From Candidatus Fermentithermobacillaceae bacterium (lineage in GTDB: Bacteria; Bacillota; Sulfobacillia; Fermentithermobacillales; DUSS01), in contig DYEQ01000030.1 in the NCBI GenBank assembly GCA_020725645.1, positions 2,863-66,862 on the forward strand: a stretch of 64,000 nucleotides of DNA, given 5' to 3'. Positions 19,470 through 27,690 of the stretch are shown here, piece by piece. Each line of letters opens with the position of its first letter. The first letter of the stretch is position 1. The translations under genes and the position numbers were made by a program. Below the pieces are notes generated by a model. The model was not told the DNA's origin. It searched no databases and saw only the letters and a list, made by a program, of their open reading frames with translations.

Positions 19470-19650
19470 CAATCCATCCAAAAGTGTTTCGTGGTCCCCA
19501 CTCCCCGTGCCACGGTGACCATTACAGTGTATTCGTCTTCGAGGCCTGAACCGTTCTGACCCGGCCCCCCCCGTGACTGTAAACCAGGGGACTTGAGAGG
19601 TCTCGCCTGCACGGCGGGAGACAACCAGGCGGCCAGACGGAGGAGAAAGA
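19470..19650 (+). promoter_or_regulatory. Candidate cobalamin-riboswitch-like structured leader upstream of the GNAT-like gene.
   Basis: The core GGCCCCCCCGTGACTGTAAACCAGGGGA (19563-19591) closely resembles the B12-element core CCCGCCACUGUAACGGGGA. A GCCACGGTGAcc element and a GGCGGGAGAC element flank it. There is no ORF here apart from an antisense artefact. This has not been verified with a covariance model. Confidence 0.3.
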
Positions 19651-19747
19651 GCAGCTTAAGTCGAATCGTGTCGTACCGGGAGCGGGGCAAACCTCGGTTC
19701 AGCTTCCTCATCCGAGACCAATCGTCCCAACAAATGGAGCTGAGAGA

Positions 19748-20875
19748 ATGACCGTACGAGTCAGAGAAATATCCAGCATGGCCGACATCCGGCGCTTCAT
19801 AGACCTGCCGTGGTTGATATACAAGGGCGACCCGAACTGGGTCCCTCCGTTGAAGTCGGACATCCTCGAGACAATCACGGGACGGACGAACCCCCTGTTC
19901 AAATGCGGCTCTCACGCTGTGTTTCTCGCCGAAGAGGAAGGCCGGGTAGTGGGCAGGGTCATGACCGCCATCGATGAGCAGTTAAACGCCGTCCGTGGGC
20001 GCGGCTGGGGCTACTTCTCGCTTTTCGAGAGCGTCAACGACCCCGCCGTCGCCTCAGCTCTGCTTGGAACTTGCGAGGAGTGGCTGAGGCAAAGGGGTGC
20101 CCGCGTATCCAGGGGGCCGGTCTCGCCGGACAACGGTGACGACTACAGGGGTCTCCTGATCGAAGGCTTCGACTCCCCTCCTGTCCTGATGAACTCATAT
20201 AACCCGAAATACTACGCAGACCTCATCGAGAGCTGCGGCTACAAGGGGGATGGAAACGATAGGCTGGCATACTACTACGAGGTAGCTACCGCCACACAAG
20301 AAGACACGGTCAAGACGATCGAATACGCCCGGTCGCGCTGGGGATTCAGGGTGGACAGAGCGGACTTCAAAAACGTCGACAGGGAGTTACAGGACTTAAA
20401 GACGATCATCGATCGATCGATGCCCGAATGGCCCGACATGATCCCTCCGACAATGGAAGAACTGCGTCTCATGGCCAAAAAGATCCTGCCCCTCGCCGAC
20501 CCGGACTTTATCCTGATCGCGCGGACCCTCGAGGGCCAACCCATCGGCTTTCTCTTAGGGATGCCCGACTATAACCAGGTGCTCAAACATCTTAACGGTA
20601 GACTGTCCCCGTTCGGCTGGGCGAAGTTCCTGTATCTAAAGCGGAAGATTGACGGACTCAGGATATTCGTCCTGTTCGTGACGCCGGAATATCGCAAGAA
20701 GGCGGTCAGTCATGCGATGTTCCTCGAAGTCTTCCGCGCAGCCAAACGCAAGGGCTACCGCTGGGCTGAGGGCTCTACCATCGTCGAGTCGAACGGACCG
20801 ATGAACCTGGACGCCGTGGGAGCAGGCGGACGTCTCTACAAGAAATACAGGACGTATGAAAAGCCTCTCACCTAG
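19748..20875 (+). CDS. Two-domain GNAT-fold acyltransferase-like protein; function unknown.
   Basis: The C-terminal half has a GNAT core (IFVLFVTPEYRKKAVSHAMFLEVFRAAKRKGYRWAEGSTIVESN). The N-terminal half has DLPWLIYKGDPNWVPPL. Confidence 0.55.
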   Translation: MTVRVREISSMADIRRFIDLPWLIYKGDPNWVPPLKSDILETITGRTNPLFKCGSHAVFLAEEEGRVVGRVMTAIDEQLNAVRGRGWGYFSLFESVNDPAVASALLGTCEEWLRQRGARVSRGPVSPDNGDDYRGLLIEGFDSPPVLMNSYNPKYYADLIESCGYKGDGNDRLAYYYEVATATQEDTVKTIEYARSRWGFRVDRADFKNVDRELQDLKTIIDRSMPEWPDMIPPTMEELRLMAKKILPLADPDFILIARTLEGQPIGFLLGMPDYNQVLKHLNGRLSPFGWAKFLYLKRKIDGLRIFVLFVTPEYRKKAVSHAMFLEVFRAAKRKGYRWAEGSTIVESNGPMNLDAVGAGGRLYKKYRTYEKPLT

Positions 20876-21094
20876 CTGCGCAGTCCTGGGTGATGTTTCG
20901 GAATCGCGGTACCGCCCCATCCAGCCGTTTCGGAGGTCGAGTTCCTTAAGATGTAATCGCCCGTGCGCCGAATCGCCGCAACTGCTTAAACACGTCTGCC
21001 AGGCAGGTCGAGTTCGTTAAGACGTCGTCGCTGCGCCTGACGCAGGGGCAAATCCGCGTGTTTCCGGTCGCGGCTAGGGCGAACAGGCTCACAT

Positions 21095-21811
21095 CTACTG
21101 TTCCCCCAGGTAAACCTTGCGAACCCGGTCATCCCGGAGAAGCTCCTTCCCCGGTCCTTCCAGGGCGACCACGCCTGTCTCAAGCACGTAGGCATAGTCG
21201 CACAGCTCCAGCGCCGCTCGGGCGTTTTGCTCGATGAGGAGAATGGTCTTTCCCGATTCGTTAATCCTCTTTATGAGGGCGAAAATCTCCTGAACGAGAA
21301 CGGGCGCAAGCCCCAAAGACGGTTCATCCATCATAAGCAGGTCCGGATCCGACATCAGGGCTCTGCCCACCGCGAGCATCTGCTGCTCGCCGCCGGAAAG
21401 GGTACCAGCCAGCTGCCCCCGGCGCTCCTCAAGCCTGGGAAAGAGCCGGTACACCGCTTCGAGATCCCGGGCGATGGCCGCCTTATCAGTCCGGGTGAAC
21501 GCGCCGAGAAGAAGATTCTCGTACACCGTGAGGTCGGGAAACACACGTCTGCCCTCGGGCACCATGCTGATACCGAGTTTCACGACCTTTTGGGCGGGCC
21601 AGTTGGTTATATCCTTTCCCTCAAATAGGATTTTGCCAGATTTTGCCTTTATAAGGCCGGAGATGGCCCGTAAGGTGGTGCTCTTCCCAGCACCGTTAGC
21701 CCCGACCAGCGCCACGATCTTCCCTTTAGGCACAGACAAGCTGAGGCCTTTGACCGCTTCGATGGCCCCGTACGAAACGCGCAGATCCTGAAGCTCAAGC
21801 ATGCCTCTCAA
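21095..21811 (-). CDS. livF: Branched-chain amino-acid ABC transporter ATP-binding protein.
   Basis: Walker A GANGAGKST, the ABC signature and Walker B are present. It is the last gene of the minus-strand liv operon. Confidence 0.85.
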   Translation of the reverse strand: MRGMLELQDLRVSYGAIEAVKGLSLSVPKGKIVALVGANGAGKSTTLRAISGLIKAKSGKILFEGKDITNWPAQKVVKLGISMVPEGRRVFPDLTVYENLLLGAFTRTDKAAIARDLEAVYRLFPRLEERRGQLAGTLSGGEQQMLAVGRALMSDPDLLMMDEPSLGLAPVLVQEIFALIKRINESGKTILLIEQNARAALELCDYAYVLETGVVALEGPGKELLRDDRVRKVYLGEQ

Positions 21812-22565
21812 CTCCTAAATACGCTTCGATGACTTTCGGATCCCTCGATATCTTCTCGGGGGAGCCATGCGCTATGGTGGCGCCGTGGTCGAGCACCACG
21901 ATCCTCTCGCAGATGCCCATGACCACCCTCATTTGATGCTCGATGAGGAGCACCGTCAGGTGGAAATCCTTCCGCACCTTCCGAATGAATTCCATGAGGT
22001 CCTGGGTCTCCCGGGGATTCATGCCGGCCGCCGGCTCGTCGAGGAGCAAAACCTCGGGCTGAGCTGAAAGGGCACGGGCGATCTCGAGCCTTCTCTGTGA
22101 GCCGTAAGGAAGGGATGAAGCGAGGTAGTCTGCGAACGGCGCAAGTCCCACTGACTCGAGAAGAGCCATCGCCTTCTTCCGCATCTCCCTCTCTTCTGCG
22201 GGATAGCGCAGGGTATTGCAGGCCGCCTCCAGAAAAGTGGAACGAAGCCTCCAGTGCAAGGGAACCATGACGTTTTCTAAAACGGTCATGGAACCGAAGA
22301 GCCGTATATTTTGAAACGTCCTGGCTATTCCCAGTCTCGTTATGAGGTCCGGACGCATCCCCGTAATGTCCCTGCCGTTGAACACCACTTGCCCGGATGT
22401 GGGTTTGTAAACACCGGTTATGCAGTTGAAGACGGTGGTCTTACCCGCGCCGTTCGGGCCGATTAGTCCTACGAGCTCCCCCGGGTTGAGCTCGAGAGAA
22501 AAGTCGTCCACGGCCACAAGGCCGCCGAACTTCATGGTCATGTGCCGAATGTCGAGCAAACTCAA
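21795..22565 (-). CDS. livG: Branched-chain amino-acid ABC transporter ATP-binding protein.
   Basis: GPNGAGKTT, LSYGSQRRLEIARAL and LLLDEPAAG are present. Confidence 0.85.
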   Translation of the reverse strand: MSLLDIRHMTMKFGGLVAVDDFSLELNPGELVGLIGPNGAGKTTVFNCITGVYKPTSGQVVFNGRDITGMRPDLITRLGIARTFQNIRLFGSMTVLENVMVPLHWRLRSTFLEAACNTLRYPAEEREMRKKAMALLESVGLAPFADYLASSLPYGSQRRLEIARALSAQPEVLLLDEPAAGMNPRETQDLMEFIRKVRKDFHLTVLLIEHQMRVVMGICERIVVLDHGATIAHGSPEKISRDPKVIEAYLGVERHA

Positions 22566-23644
22566 GAGGCAACCCTCCTCCGAAAGAGACGGGAAACGGG
22601 CGAGGATAAATTCTCCCAGGTGAGCTCCTTGTTACCCAAGAGCCCGCGCGGGTAGAACACCACCACTATTACGAGAAGAGCTGAGAAAATCACCATGCGT
22701 AACCCGGGAATACCCTGGATGCTCCAGACGCCCAGATGTATGGGTTCCTCGACTACTCTGAGGAACTCCGTCATAAACGTCACGATAAAGGCGGCTATTA
22801 CCGATCCCGACAGGGACCCCATGCCACCCAGGACCACTGTGAGAAGGATCTGAAACGTCGTAGGGAGTTTGAACATCACCGGATCGATAGTGGTGAGAAG
22901 ACTTGCCATGAGTCCGCCGCCTACTCCGGTGACAAACGAGGATATGGCGAACGCCAGGAGTTTGTGTCTGAAGATGTCTATTCCCATGAGTTCCGCAGCG
23001 GTCTCGTTTTCTCTAATGGCGATGAGAGCTCTGCCAAAACTCGAACGAACGAACCCCCTGAAAAAAAGGAATACGGCGATCCCGACGCCGAAAGTCCACC
23101 ACAGGTTGACCACGTGAGGAATCCCTTTCAGGCCCAGGGCACCGTTGGTCAGGCGCCTTACGTTCTGTAGGACCAGCCTGATTATTTCGGCAAAACCGAG
23201 AGTAGCTATGGCCAGATAGTCGCCTTTCAAACGCAACGCCGGTATCCCTACGAGGACGCCGAAAACACAACTGACGGCGCCGCCGATCAGTAGCGCCGGC
23301 AGGAACGGTATGCATATCCGGTCGAGGGGCTCAAACATCGGCTCCATGAAGAAGACCGTCTTCTTCATCTGCGGCGTCATAACCAGAAGCGAAGTGGTAT
23401 AGGCACCCACTGCCATGAATCCGGCATGTCCCAGTGAAAACTGGCCGGTGAATCCGTTTACCAGATTCAAACTCAGGGCTAAGACCGCATTGATGGCGGC
23501 AAGGTTCAGAATCCTGACGAAATACGCATCCCAGGGACCTATGCCGATGAAGGCCAAATCGCCCTCGGCCCAGGCGAGAAGCAGGGCCAATACAACTGCT
23601 ACCACTATGATTCGTATAATCCCCTTATCACCGCGGGTGGACAT
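22562..23644 (-). CDS. livM: Branched-chain amino-acid ABC transporter permease.
   Basis: A polytopic permease in a LivM-like position between livH and livG. Confidence 0.8.
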   Translation of the reverse strand: MSTRGDKGIIRIIVVAVVLALLLAWAEGDLAFIGIGPWDAYFVRILNLAAINAVLALSLNLVNGFTGQFSLGHAGFMAVGAYTTSLLVMTPQMKKTVFFMEPMFEPLDRICIPFLPALLIGGAVSCVFGVLVGIPALRLKGDYLAIATLGFAEIIRLVLQNVRRLTNGALGLKGIPHVVNLWWTFGVGIAVFLFFRGFVRSSFGRALIAIRENETAAELMGIDIFRHKLLAFAISSFVTGVGGGLMASLLTTIDPVMFKLPTTFQILLTVVLGGMGSLSGSVIAAFIVTFMTEFLRVVEEPIHLGVWSIQGIPGLRMVIFSALLVIVVVFYPRGLLGNKELTWENLSSPVSRLFRRRVAS

Positions 23645-23647
23645 AGC

Positions 23648-24541
23648 TCATACCTTCTCCCCTATCTTCTCTCCCAGCAGTCCTGTCGGCCTGAAGAGAA
23701 GCGTAGCTATGAGGATGATGAAAGCGAAAGCATCCCTGTATCCGGAGACCGACGGCAGGAAGGCGACGAGCATGATCTCTGCCACGCCAAGGAGAAAGCC
23801 TCCGATGACCGCCCCTACCACGTTTCCGATGCCCCCGAAGACAGCGGCGATAAAACATTTGAGACCCGGCATCATCCCCATGAGGGGGTTTATCTGCGGA
23901 AACTTCAAGGCCCACATGATTCCTCCCACCGCCGCCAGAGCTGACCCGATGGCAAAGGTGAGAGATATCACGGAATCGACATCCACCCCCATAAGCCTGG
24001 CCGTATCGAAGTCCCTGGCCAGAGCCCTCATGGCGATGCCGGTTTTGGTCTTATGAATTACATAGAGGAGAAGCAGAAGAAGAATTGCCGTCACGAAAAC
24101 AATTACGAAGGTAATGTTGGTAACCCTGATGCCTGCAATATCCGTGGATGCTCCCAGGAAGCCCGGAACTGGAAAGGACTTGGGACGCCCGGTAAAGAGC
24201 ACGAGGCCCAGGTTCTCCAGGAGGAACGAAACCCCGATTGCCGATATCATGGCCGTTATCCGAGGAGAATCTCTGAGCGGTCTGTAGGCCCTTCTCTCTA
24301 TGAGAACACCCACCCCAGCTGTGAGGACGATAGCCAATAGTACGGAAATCGCAAACGGTAGCCTGAAGACCAACACTCCGTAGAACGCCGCGTAAGCCGC
24401 CACCATCAAAAGGTCTGCATGGGCGAAGTTGACGAGCCTCAAAATCCCGTATACCATCGTGTAACCTATGGCGACGAGGGAATACAGACTCCCGAGGGAA
24501 ACGGCGTTGGCGAGGTTACTCCAAAACAGCGACCAGGTCAT
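23648..24541 (-). CDS. livH: Branched-chain amino-acid ABC transporter permease.
   Basis: A LivH-like 8-TM permease. Confidence 0.8.
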   Translation of the reverse strand: MTWSLFWSNLANAVSLGSLYSLVAIGYTMVYGILRLVNFAHADLLMVAAYAAFYGVLVFRLPFAISVLLAIVLTAGVGVLIERRAYRPLRDSPRITAMISAIGVSFLLENLGLVLFTGRPKSFPVPGFLGASTDIAGIRVTNITFVIVFVTAILLLLLLYVIHKTKTGIAMRALARDFDTARLMGVDVDSVISLTFAIGSALAAVGGIMWALKFPQINPLMGMMPGLKCFIAAVFGGIGNVVGAVIGGFLLGVAEIMLVAFLPSVSGYRDAFAFIILIATLLFRPTGLLGEKIGEKV

Positions 24542-24615
24542 GGCTGCTCCTCCAGACGCGCTCCCCGCAGGGGCCCTGTGAAGAACCCCCGCGGGGAATT
24601 GCGTGCGTTATGTTC

Positions 24616-25758
24616 CTAGTCCGGTTCAACGGTGGTCAGATACACGAACTTACCGTCCTTGACCTGGAGAATCACGGCGCTCTTGTTGGCGTCCCCGTTC
24701 TCATCCAGCGTGATCGTCCCGGTCACTCCCTTGAAGTTTTTCGTCGCGGCAATGGCGTCCCTGATCGCCTGGGGCTCCGCCTTGCCGGCGCGGTTGATTG
24801 CGTCGAGGATCAAACAGTAGGCATCGAAGCCCAGGGCTGCGAAGGCATTCGGTTCCTTGTTGTACTTCTTGCGGTACGCCTCGACGAATGTCTTAGCTGC
24901 CTCAGTCCCGGGAGCTTGTGCGCTGTAGTGCGTGGAAAGGGCAGCTCCTTCAACGGCCTCGCCACCGATCTGGATGAATTCCGGAGCTTCCCAGGTGTCA
25001 CCACCCAGGAACGGGCAGTTGATCTTCATCTGCCGGGCCTGCCTGATCATTATCGCGGCATCACCGTACGCGCCTGGAGCGAATATGACATCCGGCTTCT
25101 TGCCGGCAGCGGTGTTGAGCTGCGCGGTGAAATCCTGGTCTCCCGTGTTATATTCCAGCTCCGCAAGGATGCTGTCGGTCTTCCCCGTGAGGGCTATGAA
25201 CGCTTCCTTAAAGTACTGGGCTAGACCCACGGCATAAGGATCCTGGACGTCCCGGATTATGACCGCGGTGCGCGCATTCAGGTCGTTGTAAGCGTATTTC
25301 GCCATCACTTTGCCCTGGAACGGATCGATGAAGCACACCCTGAAGTAGTAGGGGTTATCCACTGTCACCAGGGGGTTGGTGGGCGAGCACCCGACCGTGG
25401 GGATCTTGTTTTTCATCACGATCGGCCCGGCCGCCATCGAAAGCCCGGAACCGTAGCTTCCGATGATGGCGACGACCTTTTTCTGCTCGATCAACCGGGT
25501 TACTGCGTTGGCCGCTTCGTTCTTGTCGGTCTTGTTATCCTCGAGGTAGAGAACTACTTTTTTGCCGAGGACCTCGGGATACAGTTCATTGGCGAGCTGA
25601 ATCCCTTCCCAGGTCATCTGCCCACCCGCAGCTGAACTGCCCGTCATCGGCTCGAAAACTCCGATCCGGATTTCTTTCGCCTCTTTCTGCCCGCATCCCG
25701 AAAGCATGGCAAGCACAAGTAGAACAGCTATACCGAACCCAAAAGTCCTTTTTAACAC
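24616..25758 (-). CDS. livK: Leu/Ile/Val-type ABC substrate-binding lipoprotein.
   Basis: A signal peptide with the LSGC lipobox, and a periplasmic-binding-protein type I fold resembling LivJ/K. Confidence 0.8.
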   Translation of the reverse strand: MLKRTFGFGIAVLLVLAMLSGCGQKEAKEIRIGVFEPMTGSSAAGGQMTWEGIQLANELYPEVLGKKVVLYLEDNKTDKNEAANAVTRLIEQKKVVAIIGSYGSGLSMAAGPIVMKNKIPTVGCSPTNPLVTVDNPYYFRVCFIDPFQGKVMAKYAYNDLNARTAVIIRDVQDPYAVGLAQYFKEAFIALTGKTDSILAELEYNTGDQDFTAQLNTAAGKKPDVIFAPGAYGDAAIMIRQARQMKINCPFLGGDTWEAPEFIQIGGEAVEGAALSTHYSAQAPGTEAAKTFVEAYRKKYNKEPNAFAALGFDAYCLILDAINRAGKAEPQAIRDAIAATKNFKGVTGTITLDENGDANKSAVILQVKDGKFVYLTTVEPD

Positions 25759-26189
25759 TCCCGTCTTTCCTCCTTTGTGATAGATACGCTTTTATGGCTT
25801 CTTTCCGACAGCCTGGATGTCGCCCCTGGCCGCAGGCTCGCTACCAGGGTATACGGGAAACGCTGACCCCAACCATACTCCTGCTGGGCTCACGGAAAAC
25901 TGAGACTCGACGAGACCACCCCCTTAAAGGGGCCATCCACCTGACGCCTCTCCCGTGCCCCGTTACCCGTTGTTTAGCTCCCTCTCGTGGAAACCGCCAG
26001 GTCTCAACCACGAGCGGCATTCCGTACTTGGCTTCGATGCTCAGGGTTGATTTTCCTGCCAAACGTTTTTTCGCGGTATGACGGTCGCGCCCAAAGGCAG
26101 GCGGGAAATCGCGACCGGGAACCTCCGGGTGTACAATATGCACAATGAGTATTGCGTCGCAAGAACCGGACGCGGTGGAGGGAAAGGGT

Positions 26190-26771
26190 ATGCTCGTAGG
26201 GAACAAAGTCAACTTGAGAGCTCTTGAACTGTCAGACCTGGACAACAACATGATGTGGATAAACGACCGCGAGGTTACGAGGTGGCTTGTATCGTTTACA
26301 TGGCCGACGTCGAGGAAGACCGAGGAACAGTGGTTGACCAACAGGCTAACGTCACCAACCGCGACCGACAGGGTGCTCGCCATCGAAACAAAAGACGGGA
26401 CGTACCTGGGCAACATCGGACTTCACGGCGTCGATTACATTTCCGGAGTCGCGGAACTCGGGATAGTAATCGGTCGAAAGGAACAGTGGAACAAAGGCTA
26501 CGGCGTGGATGCCATAAGGACGCTTTTAGACTTTGCGTTCCGCGAACTGAGACTGAGGAAGATCTTCCTTCGCGTCCTTGGAAACAACGCCCGAGCTCAA
26601 AAGTGCTACTCTAAGATAGGCTTTAAGGAAGTAGGACGTCTGAAAGCTCACCAGCTGAAAGAGGGAAACTTTGAGGATGTCATTTACATGGAGATCTTCG
26701 CCGAGGAATTTAAAGCTGTAAACGATTCAACCGGGGGTGTCACATGCGACAGGCGAGAATCGGGGATCTGA
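26190..26771 (+). CDS. GNAT-family N-acetyltransferase (RimL/RimJ-like).
   Basis: GNIGLHGVDYISGVAELGIVIGRKEQWNKGYGVDAIRTLLDFAF is a GNAT motif A region. GGAGGGAAAGGG precedes ATG 26190. Confidence 0.75.
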   Translation: MLVGNKVNLRALELSDLDNNMMWINDREVTRWLVSFTWPTSRKTEEQWLTNRLTSPTATDRVLAIETKDGTYLGNIGLHGVDYISGVAELGIVIGRKEQWNKGYGVDAIRTLLDFAFRELRLRKIFLRVLGNNARAQKCYSKIGFKEVGRLKAHQLKEGNFEDVIYMEIFAEEFKAVNDSTGGVTCDRRESGI

Positions 26772-27511
26772 AGATTCACCTTAGGGAAGAGCCTGACTCA
26801 ACGGGGGTTCTGGTGGTTAACTCTAACGCCGTCCTCTTCCTGGACAGGACCGCTCTCGAGTATTTCAAGGCGTTTTTCACAGCTTGGGAGCGGTCGGCCA
26901 AGTCCGGGAGGAGTGATACCGGTGCCGCGCTCGACCCCGTCCTCGCCGGGGAGAAACTAACTCCCGCCGTGGTTGGAGCTATAACCAGGAAATACATGGT
27001 CCGTTCAGGACGCGCCGCCCAGGACTGGGGGCGTCTGTGGAACACGGTACTGGCGGTGGCGACGGGTTCTCGTTGTCCCTTTTCCGACTTCGAGGTCAGA
27101 AGGGTGGAACCCCTATCTCGGGAGCTTTCAGCCCCATACCGCGTAGACCTGATACTCACGTACAGATGCCAGAACAACTGCGCGCACTGTTACGCGGGAG
27201 GCCCACGAGCAACACCGGAGCTTCAAACGGCGGATTGGAAACGCATCATCCAAAAGCTTGCCGGCTGGGGAGTTCCCACTCTGACTTTTACAGGGGGAGA
27301 ACCTCTCCTAAGAGATGATCTGGAGGACCTCGTAGCTTACGCCGGGAAATGTGGGTGCGTGACCGGGCTGATCACAAACGGAAGGCTCCTCACTCGGGAC
27401 CGGGTTCAGGCGTTGTTCCGGGCAGGGCTTGATTTTACCCAGATTACTCTGGAATCCAGCGACCCGAAGATACACGATCTGGAGAGGGCAAACCCGTGGC
27501 CTTGCAGGTAG
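26744..27511 (+). CDS. Radical SAM enzyme fragment with an N-terminal PqqD-like RiPP-recognition element. It is C-terminally truncated and probably non-functional.
   Basis: The CX3CX2C cluster motif is CQNNCAHC. The SAM-binding GGEPLL motif, ITNG and the ITLESSD (VxISLDG-like) motif are present, but the ORF stops about 110 aa after the cluster motif, so roughly two thirds of the core and any SPASM domain are missing. The N-terminal 140 aa resemble a PqqD/RRE domain (VLVVNSNAVLFLDRTALEYFKAF). It overlaps the GNAT stop by 28 nt. Confidence 0.55.
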   Translation: MRQARIGDLKIHLREEPDSTGVLVVNSNAVLFLDRTALEYFKAFFTAWERSAKSGRSDTGAALDPVLAGEKLTPAVVGAITRKYMVRSGRAAQDWGRLWNTVLAVATGSRCPFSDFEVRRVEPLSRELSAPYRVDLILTYRCQNNCAHCYAGGPRATPELQTADWKRIIQKLAGWGVPTLTFTGGEPLLRDDLEDLVAYAGKCGCVTGLITNGRLLTRDRVQALFRAGLDFTQITLESSDPKIHDLERANPWPCR

Positions 27512-27690
27512 TGGTGCGCGTAGCCTCAGCCGACTCGAGTCTGGGCTGAGGAATTATCCGCGCCATTCCTTCAAAGGACGCATCCGAACCAGGCTTAGAC
27601 GAAGGCCAGACTAATCCGAATAGCGCACAAACGAAGCTCACGGGAGGAATCATGGCAGATTCGGGTTAAACGGTTCCCAGCCGGGCTACC

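Noticed and set aside
19391-19915. The 174-aa minus-strand ORF spanning the mntR/GNAT-like intergenic region.
   Set aside because: It overlaps the start of the GNAT-like gene and the candidate structured leader. It is low-complexity and Arg-rich, so it is likely non-coding.
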